A stretch of 64,000 nucleotides of DNA from the IMG/VR virus record IMGVR_UViG_3300034155_000028; one strand, 5' to 3'. A model generated the notes under the pieces. The model saw only the letters and a program-made list of their open reading frames with translations. It was not told the origin of the DNA and ran no database searches. Source of the stretch: an uncultured virus (IMG/VR IMGVR_UViG_3300034155_000028). Taxonomy: Duplodnaviria > Heunggongvirae > Uroviricota > Caudoviricetes. Positions 1 through 10,630 of this stretch are shown in pieces; positions within the stretch are counted from its first letter, which is position 1; every line of letters begins with the position of its first letter. The translations under genes were made by a program, and so were the position numbers.

Positions 1-28
1 GGGGTTTAGCAGCTGTCTGCCAAACCCC
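1..28 (-). terminator. GC-rich hairpin downstream of ORF 38..361
   Basis: GGGGTTTAGCAG-CTGT-CTGCCAAACCCC imperfect inverted repeat; any U-tract would lie off the window edge. Confidence 0.55.
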
Positions 29-37
29 TTGATTTGA

Positions 38-361
38 TTATCCTTTCCAAGTTTTAGGAGCAATCTCTGGATGTTGATTTAAATAATCTCTCCAATATTG
101 TTTTCTAACACTTTCTGGATAAATCCTTTCTTGTTCAGGTATAATACTATGGGTTCCAGTAACTATAGCTATTAAACATTGTTCACGTTTTTTTGTGTGT
201 TTAAAAGCTTCTATTAAATAAATTAATCTATGGTGACTAGTAACCCCACAAATACCCCAGCCAACTGATTGGTTTTTTATAATAGCATGTGACACTTGTC
301 TTCCGGGAAGAATATACCAAATATAATTGTCAGGGTCTTTGTAGTCCATAGTTTTTACCAA
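38..361 (-). CDS. Hypothetical protein (likely ATG start near 349)
   Basis: ORF track; the annotated TTG start lies inside the TTACCAAAGA motif. Confidence 0.6.
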   Translation of the reverse strand: MVKTMDYKDPDNYIWYILPGRQVSHAIIKNQSVGWGICGVTSHHRLIYLIEAFKHTKKREQCLIAIVTGTHSIIPEQERIYPESVRKQYWRDYLNQHPEIAPKTWKG

Positions 362-375
362 AGAATTTAATTCTT

Positions 376-1179
376 TTATTTACATATACGATTAAATGTT
401 GTTTCAAAAGCTTTATATGTGTCTGAGTTTTTATTTGCATATACAGCAAATTCTATATTGTCAAAATATGATAATAGTTCTAAGTTCTTTTTAAATAAAC
501 TAGCTACTACCCAGGGATCATTTCCAAAGACACCACAACCCCAAGCCCCTAAAACAATATTCCTATGGCCATTTAAAATCATAGTTCTTAGAATGATAAC
601 CATTCTACGATCTAATACTTCTTTAATTTCTTTTCGTAATTCAGAATCGCAAGCACTATAATTTGGAGCAGGAGATGTTACTACAGAAATTAAATAAGGC
701 TTATCTAACCATTCCCCATTATCTTTTTTAATCACAGGAACATCTGGTGAGTAAATTGTATAATCTAAATATAAACTATCTGCTAATTTATTCTCTGCGT
801 AATACTCATCATGATTACATAAAGTATGATACAGAGCAGATGATCGAGCAATGCTTTCCTCTTGTGCTAAAGCTCCAGCCATAAAAGCCCCACCAGGATG
901 ATAAGCACTAGCAAAATTTAATACACATACATTGCTATCAGAATATCTATAACCTGATTCTAGTGTTGTTTCTTGTGTTACGTATATATTTGGTTTATTG
1001 TTTTGTTTTATATCACCTTTAAAATAAACAGGATCATTTGGATTTAGTAATACTGAACTGTTTACAGCATTATTAACAAGCTGGGTTAGATCAATTGTTT
1101 GACCAGCTATATTAGTATAGCTTCCAACCTTAATAGCATTCATTGTTTCTTTAGCAATTTGTACAGCATTAATTGACAT
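376..1179 (-). CDS. TIGR02452/DUF2263 family, bacterial-type poly(ADP-ribose) glycohydrolase macrodomain
   Basis: LNFASAYHPGGAFMAGALAQEESIARSS (GG-x-QEE catalytic loop) and LGAWGCGVFGNDP motifs. Confidence 0.9.
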   Translation of the reverse strand: MSINAVQIAKETMNAIKVGSYTNIAGQTIDLTQLVNNAVNSSVLLNPNDPVYFKGDIKQNNKPNIYVTQETTLESGYRYSDSNVCVLNFASAYHPGGAFMAGALAQEESIARSSALYHTLCNHDEYYAENKLADSLYLDYTIYSPDVPVIKKDNGEWLDKPYLISVVTSPAPNYSACDSELRKEIKEVLDRRMVIILRTMILNGHRNIVLGAWGCGVFGNDPWVVASLFKKNLELLSYFDNIEFAVYANKNSDTYKAFETTFNRICK

Positions 1180-1198
1180 TTTATATTCTTTCTTTTAA

Positions 1199-2077
1199 TT
1201 AAACAGGATTATTAATTTCTTCTAATATTTTAATTTTACGTGCTCTAATCTTATTTTCTTTATGTACAATAGCAGCAATATCTTCCAAATCAATTTCTAT
1301 TTTAAATAACTTCCCTTTATTATAATATGATAATGCTCCATATTTTGTCCATGCTGATAATCCAAAACTATCTTCCTCATTTATATTATAATTAGCATTA
1401 CTTTCATATTCTCCCCCAACTTCATAATGATATTGGAAATTAAATCTAGAATATCCATCTTCCCTACATGTTTTATATGCAATTACTTTATCTCCAATAA
1501 TTTCATAATCTGTATTATTTTTAATATATTCTCTTTTAAATTCTTTATCTTTATCTAACCAACATGTGTTAGGAATTTCTAAATTATATTCTTTGATAAA
1601 TTCCGGGCTTAACTTTTGATAACTTGATATTAATATATTATACCAATCTACTTCATCAGAAAACTCTCTAATAAATTTTTCGCTTAAGTTTTGATATTTT
1701 AATATATTATACCAATTTACCTTATCAGAAAACTCTCTAATAAAATCTTCACTTAATTTTTGATATATTGATATTAATTGCCAATTTACTTTATATTTAA
1801 ATTCTCTGATAAATTCTTCACTTAGTTTTTGCCTACCTGATATTGGCCACCAAAATAAATTTTCAGAATTTTTCCTAATAAATTCTTCACTTAATTTTTG
1901 ATACTCCGATATATAATCCCAATATACCTTATGAGAAAATTCATTTATAAATTCTTCGCTAAGTATTTGATAATATGATACCAAAGTCCAATTTACTTTA
2001 TCAGAGTTTTCTCTAATAAACTCTTCGCTTAATCCTGGTGTTCGTGATATTTCATCCCAATCTTCTTTGTTTAACAT
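1199..2077 (-). CDS. Tryptophan-repeat protein (22-aa repeats) with a C-terminal globular domain
   Basis: About 7 units of WxxISxYQKLSEEFIREFSDKVN; the C-terminal AYKTCREDGYS...FGLSAWT domain is shared with 18357..19184. Confidence 0.8.
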   Translation of the reverse strand: MLNKEDWDEISRTPGLSEEFIRENSDKVNWTLVSYYQILSEEFINEFSHKVYWDYISEYQKLSEEFIRKNSENLFWWPISGRQKLSEEFIREFKYKVNWQLISIYQKLSEDFIREFSDKVNWYNILKYQNLSEKFIREFSDEVDWYNILISSYQKLSPEFIKEYNLEIPNTCWLDKDKEFKREYIKNNTDYEIIGDKVIAYKTCREDGYSRFNFQYHYEVGGEYESNANYNINEEDSFGLSAWTKYGALSYYNKGKLFKIEIDLEDIAAIVHKENKIRARKIKILEEINNPV

Positions 2078-3047
2078 AATATAAATCTTTCTTTGGTAAA
2101 AACATTAAGTTCCATTGGTTTAATATTTCTAATTCTTTTTCATTTACAATACCAGCATTTACTAAAGATATATATAAAGTATTTAAATTTTCTATTTTAT
2201 TACCACTAAGACAACACTCATCTAATATTTCTATAGTTTTCAAAACATCTGAATACATTTGAATTTCATCTACAAAATCTTTCATGTAATCATCTCTAAA
2301 CCTGTTTTGATATACAATAGATTTAGAAAATCCTAAATATAAATTATCTTCTCTTAACAGTCTTTGTGTAATATAAGATCTAAGTATATCAGCAAACCTC
2401 CACGGTACAGTAGATGGAAAATACATATATGGAAAACAACCCTTGCTCCAAAATGTACTCTGAGAATTAAATGGAGCATATGTATTATTGTTTAATATAA
2501 ATGGGTTTTGTACATTAAACACACATGGTTTATTAAAAACCATTCTATAAATAGCATCTACATCAGGGTCTTGATCTATTAAAGTTTGCCACACCCCAAC
2601 GTTTTTAGCAACACCTTTTCCTAAAGTATAATTTATTTTTTTATTTATATAACTTAATGGAAAACCCCTATTCCAAATTTTTTCACCTGATAAATACCCA
2701 TATATATTTGCAAATTTTTCAGAGCTTGTTAATATATTATCACACACAAGTCCAGCATCAAAACGCCAAAAATCATATGGTATATTATCATCATCTGTTT
2801 CATAAATCATATCACTACCACTCTGTATCGCTTTTATATATCCAAGATTCTTTCTACTATATTTGTTTGCACCAATAAGCTTTGATAGTTTAGTATCTTC
2901 CTTATAAGGTATAAAATCAATTTTTGAATCATTATATTCTGGGGTTTTGGAATCTCCAACCAGTATAAGTTTCCAATTTGGAGTGTTTTTGAATTTTTTA
3001 ATTGATTCTGTTTCAGAATTAATACTTGTAATAATTATACTATTCAT
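2052..3047 (-). CDS. STELLO/DUF288-like glycosyltransferase
   Basis: VGDSKTP, SRKNLGYIKAI, YETDDDN (DxD-like), DPDVDAIYR, APFNSQSTFW and RFADILRSY motifs. Confidence 0.8.
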   Translation of the reverse strand: MNSIIITSINSETESIKKFKNTPNWKLILVGDSKTPEYNDSKIDFIPYKEDTKLSKLIGANKYSRKNLGYIKAIQSGSDMIYETDDDNIPYDFWRFDAGLVCDNILTSSEKFANIYGYLSGEKIWNRGFPLSYINKKINYTLGKGVAKNVGVWQTLIDQDPDVDAIYRMVFNKPCVFNVQNPFILNNNTYAPFNSQSTFWSKGCFPYMYFPSTVPWRFADILRSYITQRLLREDNLYLGFSKSIVYQNRFRDDYMKDFVDEIQMYSDVLKTIEILDECCLSGNKIENLNTLYISLVNAGIVNEKELEILNQWNLMFLPKKDLYYVKQRRLG

Positions 3048-3080
3048 TAATATTTTCCAATTCTTTTACCAAAGAAATAA

Positions 3081-3536
3081 TTAACCATTTATTATATCAC
3101 TTTCCAGTTCGATTTGATATTGTTCATTGTTTGGTAAAGGGTTTCGTGTAGTATAATAATATACATCATCTAGATTTCTAAACTTATCAACTAATAATGT
3201 TTCAAAATCTCCGTGTAATTTATATAATGTTATTGGATATTCACACTCAATTGTGCAATTAGCTACTAATTCTGAAATTAGTTCAGAATCATTTACATCA
3301 TCATCTTCATCAATATCTTGGTTTGGACATTTCCAATAATCTGTTCCAAGATATTTGATTACTAATTCAAAAGCCCTAGTAGTGTTATGGCACGCATCAG
3401 CACATTGAAATGGTGTGGATACCCAATCATCATCATTAGATGCTTGGTAATCTATATCACTAGATGCCTGTGCAAAATCACAGCGAATTTTTAATATATC
3501 AAACCCCAAATCACACGTATATATGTTTATTGTCAT
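3081..3536 (-). CDS. Hypothetical acidic protein
   Basis: ORF track, co-oriented and abutting its neighbours. Confidence 0.6.
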   Translation of the reverse strand: MTINIYTCDLGFDILKIRCDFAQASSDIDYQASNDDDWVSTPFQCADACHNTTRAFELVIKYLGTDYWKCPNQDIDEDDDVNDSELISELVANCTIECEYPITLYKLHGDFETLLVDKFRNLDDVYYYTTRNPLPNNEQYQIELESDIING

Positions 3537-3540
3537 AATA

Positions 3541-4152
3541 TTATTCTTGGCTAGATTTTAAATCTTCTAATTCTTTTTCAGAAATTAATTCTATTGCTCT
3601 TAATACAATATCATCATGATTAAACGCTTGACAGTCATCGCAAGTACCGGCGCTTTCATTAATATCTCCAATAAGATATCTTTGTACTTGTTCGCTTTTG
3701 TTTTGTACCTCAATCATTACACCAGGCCTATTAAGAGCACAATTAGAAAAACAAGACTTTGCTCTTAGTTCTGCGGTTTGTGCATCTATTGTTTTAATTT
3801 TCGATTTAAATAATTCAATTTCTGGAAGGGTAGAAATCCAATTATCTATTTCTGTTTGTTTTTTAATAAGAGAAACTAATTTTATAATAATAGAATCAGT
3901 TGATACTTCCATTGCATTAAAGACTTTATCTATCGTTAAAACACTATTTAACACAAAATCCTGTTCAGCTTGATAGGTGGTTTTACCAAACTCTTTGTGA
4001 AATTCATAGTGCAAATCTTGTGTTGTTTTACCAAATTTTTCCCGCACTTGTTGATTTACACTCTCCATAGGATAAGTGACAGGTGTAGCTTCAATGTATT
4101 TATACCACGGTAAATTAATATCAATCCAATTCATTTTATAAATCCCTTTCAA
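3541..4152 (-). CDS. Hypothetical protein
   Basis: 203-aa ORF; C-terminal YLIGDIN...GTCDDC motif. Confidence 0.6.
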   Translation of the reverse strand: MKGIYKMNWIDINLPWYKYIEATPVTYPMESVNQQVREKFGKTTQDLHYEFHKEFGKTTYQAEQDFVLNSVLTIDKVFNAMEVSTDSIIIKLVSLIKKQTEIDNWISTLPEIELFKSKIKTIDAQTAELRAKSCFSNCALNRPGVMIEVQNKSEQVQRYLIGDINESAGTCDDCQAFNHDDIVLRAIELISEKELEDLKSSQE

Positions 4153-4176
4153 TTAATTATAATATTCTTAAAACAA

Positions 4177-5112
4177 TTAGTCAGAAAGACCAATAAAACT
4201 AATTTCTTGTTCTCGTAATCGATAATATATTGTTCTGCAAATATCACCAATTCCAATACTATCTGTTGGTAGGGAAAACCCAGCTGCATGTTTGTGTCCA
4301 CCACCACTATATTTTTTAGCTATCATCCCAACATCTACTTCTCCACAAGACCTAAGAGAAATAATAATTTTTAAATTTCCCTGATCTATTACGTGTTGAA
4401 ACCCAGCAACTATACTTACCTCTGGATGAGTTTCAAAAATTACTTTAGATACATCATCAACCTCTGTTCCAGTCGCTGTTACTATAGCTATTTCATCATT
4501 AAATATAGTTTGTTTTTCTGCTGTCTCTTTGGCTTTTTCTATTTTTTTATTGTATAAAAACTCACCAATCTTAACATCAGAGTCAGAAGGAAATCTTATG
4601 AATGGTTTTTGAAAATATTCAAATCCAAAAAATTCTAACATACAGGCTTGTTGACAAGCCTCAACCCACTCTGGAGAATTATTAATCCAACAATCTCTAA
4701 CTCCTGCTAATCGTGCAAACTTTTCTTTTTTATCTTTACCAAAGTAAAGTTCGTATATTTCTCTATACGCCAATACAGCCCCACTGACACCAGGCTCTAA
4801 AACCTCACTAGCAAAAACACCACGCTCTTTAAACTCTTTTACAATACTTTCGCTATGTGAATGGTGGTCTAATACATATGCACCAACATTAACAAACTCT
4901 TGAACTCTGTGTTTTGGTGGGCAAATATCACAAAATAACATTCCAGGAACAGCTGGCAAATCTAAATAATCCTTTGAGCTTTGGTTTAAAAAAACAAAAC
5001 TTGTACGTGGAAATACATATGAAAGAATTATAGCTGAAGCAATCCCGTCAGGACAAGGATTGGTTGCGTTTTTGTGTGTTACTATTGTTGTAATTTTATT
5101 TTCTATTTTCAT
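4177..5112 (-). CDS. DHH/DHHA1 family phosphoesterase
   Basis: H...CPDG, FCD, LDHH, ISLRS and GGGHKHAAGF motifs. Confidence 0.88.
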   Translation of the reverse strand: MKIENKITTIVTHKNATNPCPDGIASAIILSYVFPRTSFVFLNQSSKDYLDLPAVPGMLFCDICPPKHRVQEFVNVGAYVLDHHSHSESIVKEFKERGVFASEVLEPGVSGAVLAYREIYELYFGKDKKEKFARLAGVRDCWINNSPEWVEACQQACMLEFFGFEYFQKPFIRFPSDSDVKIGEFLYNKKIEKAKETAEKQTIFNDEIAIVTATGTEVDDVSKVIFETHPEVSIVAGFQHVIDQGNLKIIISLRSCGEVDVGMIAKKYSGGGHKHAAGFSLPTDSIGIGDICRTIYYRLREQEISFIGLSD

Positions 5113-5518
5113 ACATTCCCGCTTAATTTGTTGGCATAACTCTCAGACTCTTCTTTGTCGTATGATTGGAAATAGCAAAACCCAGATTCACTTCCAAAAA
5201 CACCATATGTTTCAAAGTCATCATCCCAATCAGAATAAATATTTGGACCATCTAATTCTAAAGCTTCTGTTATATCTAGCTCTGAATAAATATCTGGTTC
5301 AAAATCAGTCGTATCATTATCAAGTTCATTTTCTAAACAATATATCTGGGTTGTTTCTTTGTCTGTTAGCTCTCTATTATTAATTGGCAGGGTATCAATA
5401 GTTTCACTAACCAAAACAATTATAGACACACAAGACTCGGCCTCATGTTTCCTAATAGCTTTAACCAAAGACAACATATTATCGTGGCTTGAGATTCTCG
5501 TATTGTTAAATGTATTTA

Positions 5519-6073
5519 TTAAATGGTACATAAATAATATTCTCTATATATTTGCTGACTGGCCTTTGTTAAAGTTGCTGCATCATCAACGAACCTTAAT
5601 GGCCAATCTTTATTCCATGCGTTTAAAACAAGATGTTGTGTAGTATCTAATTTACTAAACCAATTAGGAATTGTTATTGGGTTAATATTATTGTTTAATA
5701 ATATATTTGCTATCTCATCTGTTAAAACACAAGACCAACCAAGCTCTGGAAACCTTTTAAAAAATTCAATTTCTGTTTCTAAAAACTCAATTGAAAATAT
5801 AATCTCTGGAAAAGAATCTCCCTCAAAATCAATTGAATATAATTTAATTAATTCTTCCCAATCAATATTATATAATTGATCTTTTGTGAGATTTTCTAAA
5901 TTAATTTTCTGAAAACCAAGCAGAAACCCCGGCCACAATATTGCTAATTCTTTTCTGTCTGATTTGTTTAATCCACAATTTTCTATATCATATCTGCAAT
6001 GAGCTTCGTTATGCTCGATAATATTTCTTAATGTTTTAATTGCATATTTAGATAAATTAATATTAATTTTCAT
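5519..6073 (-). CDS. Hypothetical protein, paralogue of 30401..30949
   Basis: Shared GLNxxD and FF...P.(L/I).W...DE(I/M)A.ILL.N.I blocks. Confidence 0.65.
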   Translation of the reverse strand: MKININLSKYAIKTLRNIIEHNEAHCRYDIENCGLNKSDRKELAILWPGFLLGFQKINLENLTKDQLYNIDWEELIKLYSIDFEGDSFPEIIFSIEFLETEIEFFKRFPELGWSCVLTDEIANILLNNNINPITIPNWFSKLDTTQHLVLNAWNKDWPLRFVDDAATLTKASQQIYREYYLCTI

Positions 6074-6154
6074 ATTTTGATAATTTAAAACGCGATGTTG
6101 TAATTAAGAATTGGTTTAGTTTTTGCTATTTGTTTTACCAAAGAGTTATTGTGT

Positions 6155-6592
6155 TTAAGGAAGAGTGAAAAGTTCTAAAGCTTCTTCAAAAGGAATATCA
6201 TTAAGGATAATAATACCTTCTGTATTTGTTGGCCGAGTTTTTATTGTATAGATTCTTTTATTTATAGGTGCATTTGATTTACGAAACACAATATATTTCT
6301 TCAATAATGATGTGAGTTTTTTACTCCTCAATTGTTTCTCAAGAATATTGCTAATAAAAAAGTCTGCATTGACTGGAATATCCATTCCATAAGCTTGAAT
6401 TGGAGGAAGTGTTTTGGTATATTCTTCAATTTTATTATGAAGAGCTGGGGGTGTAATCATACTTATACCTCCAGTGCCTTGGTTTTCTACATGTCCACTT
6501 TTGATTCCATTAACCCAAACATCTGCTGTAAACGCTTGAGATTCTTGAGACATCGCTGCACTAGTCTTTACGTTTTTTAGTTCGATTTTCAT
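6155..6592 (-). CDS. Hypothetical phage protein
   Basis: MKIELKNVK...SQESQAFTADVWVNG...VENQGTGG. Confidence 0.65.
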   Translation of the reverse strand: MKIELKNVKTSAAMSQESQAFTADVWVNGIKSGHVENQGTGGISMITPPALHNKIEEYTKTLPPIQAYGMDIPVNADFFISNILEKQLRSKKLTSLLKKYIVFRKSNAPINKRIYTIKTRPTNTEGIIILNDIPFEEALELFTLP

Positions 6593-6627
6593 TTATTTAA
6601 ACCATCACTTTCTAAATCATATCTAGT

Positions 6628-6894
6628 TTATATTTTAACACCAAGTCTTTTTTGACGTCTTCGATCACGTTTTCTAAGAAATGGTTCTAGTTCAAGATCA
6701 GCAGTACAAAAACGTTTGCCAGCATTTTTACACCAATGAGGTTTTCCTTTTTTATCATATCTGGGATGCCAAAATTCTCCAGTTTTATAACTGGGTTATA
6801 TATCATTTATTATACAGTGGCATCGTTTACATACAGCCTTCCTATCTCAATATATAGAGCTGTCTGGAAAATCTCTTTTTGTATATTCTTTCAT
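6628..6894 (-). pseudogene. Probable pseudogene (Cys/His-containing, 88 codons)
   Basis: One frame fills the gap between neighbours (MKEYTKRDF...CKRCHC...WHP...RQKRLGVKI) but carries in-frame TGA and TAA stops. Confidence 0.5.
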
Positions 6895-6908
6895 AATTAG
6901 CCTTTAGA

Positions 6909-7235
6909 TTATATTAGGTCTAATTTAAATCTTTTAATAAATTCAGGTGATAATTTTTGACTGTATTTTAATATTCTCCAATCAACAAACGCGGAAAATT
7001 CTATTATAAATTCTTCGTTTAATTTTTGATGAGATGATATCTTAACCCAGTTTACTTTATTAAAATAATCTCTAATAAATTTTTCACTAAGCTTTTGATA
7101 TTTTGATATAGAATACCAATCTATGTTATGAGAATTTTCTCTAATAAATTTTTCACTTAACCCTTTGGTGCAGGATATTTCTAACCAGTCATTACAGTTG
7201 TTTTTTAAATCTTCTAATTGGTTTTTGGTTAGCAT
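6909..7235 (-). CDS. Tryptophan-repeat protein
   Basis: About 4 WxxIS.YQKLSE.FI repeats. Confidence 0.8.
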   Translation of the reverse strand: MLTKNQLEDLKNNCNDWLEISCTKGLSEKFIRENSHNIDWYSISKYQKLSEKFIRDYFNKVNWVKISSHQKLNEEFIIEFSAFVDWRILKYSQKLSPEFIKRFKLDLI

Positions 7236-7535
7236 AAGATATCCATTATAACAGCTGTAACACCTATTGATTTTAGATTACATATAATTTCATTTGCTTG
7301 TCCTTCTGAAATATCATATAATACTATTGTAGATATTTTATTTGTTATATCTTTAACTTCTTGAAGACTACATGATAATATCTTTCTGAGTTCTTTCATT
7401 AAGAGCACTTGATTTGTTCCAGTGTTTTTTATATATAAATGACATCTTGCATACCCTGTACCATCACCAAGATAAAAACTCTCCTCCATATCAATTGTAT
7501 AAGCACATGCAGTACTCATTTTAGTTATTGTTGTT

Positions 7536-7787
7536 TCATTTGACATAATAATTCACAATTTCTAGTTTGCACCCACACCATGGGTATACCACACCTCTAT
7601 TTGTTTTACAACATCTTTTAAAAAATGACATACATTGAGACTCCGGTCCTTCATTTGCTGCTTCACATCTAAAACATAATGCTTCACATCTCTCTCTCCT
7701 ATCCTGTTGTGTTAATTCTGCTGCTTCATATTTGTTTGATATTGTTAATATACATATTGTCAATAATATTTTTATTAAACTAATCAT
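7536..7787 (-). CDS. Small Cys-rich putatively secreted protein
   Basis: Hydrophobic N-terminus followed by 8 Cys. Confidence 0.5.
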   Translation of the reverse strand: MISLIKILLTICILTISNKYEAAELTQQDRRERCEALCFRCEAANEGPESQCMSFFKRCCKTNRGVVYPWCGCKLEIVNYYVK

Positions 7788-8373
7788 TATATATTATTTT
7801 CTTCTATGTTAGGATTATCTACAGGATAAGAATAAATATTCCAAGAATCATCTGTTGGTTCTCCCCACTCAAATTCTGCACCAGCTTTAACACAAAGATC
7901 TAATCCGGTTGCATAGCTTAGATTGTTACAATCAACATCACATGCTTCTTCTAAGTCGGTGTAATTGTCCCAGTTAAGATCGTCCCTATTAGTTATAGCT
8001 TCTTTAACTTCTCGGATAGCTTCGTTTCTAGTCTCTGCTTTAAGCTCCTGAGATATTAAACCATTAAAACTTGTAACCGCATAGAATTTTTTAATAAGCA
8101 TTATTAATTTTCTTTCTATAATATATTTAATAAATTAGTTATTAATTTAAAATTTTAAGATTTTGTTCGTTCATACAATTTATAATTGTTTGATACTCTT
8201 CCTTTGTTAAATTTCTACCAAAAGAATTTTTATCCAATCCTTCATTTATTAAAATGGCTATATTTAAAGCACCTGTATCAATAGAATTAATGAGAAAATT
8301 TCTAAAACTATTTACAAAAGACATTATTGTTTCACCACTTAAAATTATAGTATTATTATCTTTATTAATTAAA

Positions 8374-9420
8374 TTATACATTGTTTTTAATCCATTCAAA
8401 ATTTGTAATTGTATCTTGTGGAGTTGTATAAGCTACTTGAAAACGTACGCTTTCATGTTTCATATTTTGTAATATAGCATCTCCACGACCTAATAAACTC
8501 TCAGCACCAATACGATCCAATACAACTACAGAATCTTTTCCACTTGCTGTTTTACATGCAATTCTTCCAGGGAAATTGGCTTTTATTAAACCGGTTATAA
8601 TATCTACACTTGGTCTTTGTGTTGCTAATACTAAAAACATTCCAGCTGCCCTTCCTTTTTGTGCAATCTTAATAAATAAATCCTGTAAATGTTTTCTTTT
8701 ATCTTGCATAATAAGATCTGCAACCTCATCTACAATACACAATACCAATGGAAATTGTTGTGGATCATTTTCAATACTACGAATCCTTAACGTTTGCATT
8801 TCTAAATATCGTGATTCCATTAATGTATATATAGCGGTCATCTGTGCTACCGTCTCATCATAGCTGTTGGAAATATTTGGTATAATATTTTTCAGAGAAT
8901 TATTATTATATTCTACAAACTCAACTCGTTTGGGATCAGATAAAAAAATCCAAATGTTTCTATATCTAAGAGCGTGAAGAAACAAAGCATTAGCAATAAT
9001 AGTATGAAGAAGTGTAGACTTACCGCTACCACTAGCACCAGCAATTAATAAATGTGGATTGTGATTCATATCCATCCAAAGCTTTTTGCCATTGTCATCT
9101 TCGCCTAATAAGAAAGGAAATACCATTTCAGATGGAATAGATTCTCCAGAATATAATTCCATTAATGCTACAGGCTCAGCTTCTTTTAATGCTACTTGTA
9201 CACGTACAATACCAAGTTCTGGGATTAATCTCATTATTGGAATTGTTTTTGTACGAAGATGTAAAGATATTTCATTTGCGCTTCGTAATAATTTTTGCAA
9301 CGCCATGGATTCGGGTTCTAATTGAATATCAAAAAAAGCCAAGTGTCTATGACTTTCAGCACGAATACATTGACCTTTAATCTCAAGACATTGTAGAACT
9401 TTATTCATGGCATTTTGCAT
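8374..9420 (-). CDS. FtsK/SpoIIIE-like ATPase (short; no TM or gamma domain)
   Basis: PHLLIAGASGSGKS Walker A, DPKRVEF, IVDEVADL Walker B, QKGRAAG, LATQRPS, IKANFPGRIA, GAESLLGRGD. Confidence 0.9.
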   Translation of the reverse strand: MQNAMNKVLQCLEIKGQCIRAESHRHLAFFDIQLEPESMALQKLLRSANEISLHLRTKTIPIMRLIPELGIVRVQVALKEAEPVALMELYSGESIPSEMVFPFLLGEDDNGKKLWMDMNHNPHLLIAGASGSGKSTLLHTIIANALFLHALRYRNIWIFLSDPKRVEFVEYNNNSLKNIIPNISNSYDETVAQMTAIYTLMESRYLEMQTLRIRSIENDPQQFPLVLCIVDEVADLIMQDKRKHLQDLFIKIAQKGRAAGMFLVLATQRPSVDIITGLIKANFPGRIACKTASGKDSVVVLDRIGAESLLGRGDAILQNMKHESVRFQVAYTTPQDTITNFEWIKNNV

Positions 9421-9637
9421 AAAACCTCTTTAATTTAAGTGTTAATAATTATCTTAAAATTTATATATAAATTTATTTATTTTTTGTTTAAGTGTATGTT
9501 TTGCTATTTTCCTTGTCTCCTTAAGAAATTCCGAAAGTTTTGGGTAAGCACGACAACAAGGACACCCAAACTTTGCAGAACTATTTGGAGAATAATCTAT
9601 ACAAAATTTTTTTTGTTCTTTTTTAAAATCATCCATG

Positions 9638-9976
9638 TTAACCTAGGTTTATTTTATCATAAAACTCTTTAATAAATTCTTCACTAAGCTTTTGGGTTTC
9701 TGATATATTATACCAATCTACTTTGTTAGAAAACGCTCTAATAAATCCCTCACTTAATTTTTGATAATATGATATATTATACCAATCTACTTTATTAGAA
9801 AACTCTCTAATTAATTCTTCGCTTAATATTTGATGTCTTGATATATAAAACCAATCTAATCTATCAGAAAACTCTCTAATAAACCCTTCACTTAATCCGC
9901 AGGTCGCAGAAATTATTTGCCAATCTTGTATATTGGAACTTGTTTTGTGGCTTTTAACATCTGCTTTTTTTGGCAA
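9638..9976 (-). CDS. Tryptophan-repeat protein (start uncertain)
   Basis: 4 repeats; TTG start and an N-terminus divergent from its paralogues. Confidence 0.7.
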   Translation of the reverse strand: MPKKADVKSHKTSSNIQDWQIISATCGLSEGFIREFSDRLDWFYISRHQILSEELIREFSNKVDWYNISYYQKLSEGFIRAFSNKVDWYNISETQKLSEEFIKEFYDKINLG

Positions 9977-10022
9977 ATACTGAAAACATTGTAATACAAA
10001 TCTTTCTTTGGTAAAAATATAA

Positions 10023-10565
10023 TTATTCTATTAAGTCTAATTTAAATTCTTTAATAAATTCTGGAGATAGTTGTTGATGTTTTTTAATTAATTTCCAATT
10101 AACTAAAGCTGGAAATTCTCTAATAAATTCTTCGCTTAGTTTTTGATATCTAGATATCCAATTCCAACTTACTTTATCATAGTTTTCTTTAATAATTTTT
10201 TCATTTAACTTTTGATATCTTGATATTAATTTAAAATCTAATTTATTAGAAAACTCTGTAATAAATTCTTCGCTTAATTTTTGATATATTGATATATTAC
10301 ACCAATTTATTTTATGCAAAAACTCTTTAATAAATCTTTCATTAAGCTTTTGATATGCCGATATTAATTGCCAATCTACTTTATCAGAAAACTCTCTAAT
10401 AAAATCTTCGCTTAGTTTTTGAGATGCAGATATATAATTCCAATTTACTCTATCCAAAAACTCTCTAATAAGTTCTTCACTTAGTCCAGGTGTGGCAGAA
10501 ATATCTGTCCAATTTTGTATGTCGGGATTTGTTCTTATATCTTTTAATTGCTTTTGTGTTAACAT
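10023..10565 (-). CDS. Tryptophan-repeat protein
   Basis: About 7 repeats of 22 aa. Confidence 0.8.
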   Translation of the reverse strand: MLTQKQLKDIRTNPDIQNWTDISATPGLSEELIREFLDRVNWNYISASQKLSEDFIREFSDKVDWQLISAYQKLNERFIKEFLHKINWCNISIYQKLSEEFITEFSNKLDFKLISRYQKLNEKIIKENYDKVSWNWISRYQKLSEEFIREFPALVNWKLIKKHQQLSPEFIKEFKLDLIE

Positions 10566-10589
10566 AAAATATACTTACCTTCACACAAA

Positions 10590-10616
10590 CCCATGGTAGA
10601 AAAACTCTACCATGGG
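10590..10616 (-). terminator. Hairpin terminator
   Basis: CCCATGGTAGA-5 nt-TCTACCATGGG perfect 11-bp stem just after 10631..11548. Confidence 0.7.
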
Positions 10617-10630
10617 CCTGCAACATTTAA

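Noticed and set aside
6628..6894. Stop-codon reassignment suggested by in-frame stops
   Set aside because: The two stops differ (TGA and TAA), and long genes elsewhere read cleanly in the standard code using all three stops
8374..9420. Dispersed motif as a KOPS-like signal for the FtsK
   Set aside because: The motif is not polarised and this FtsK lacks the gamma domain
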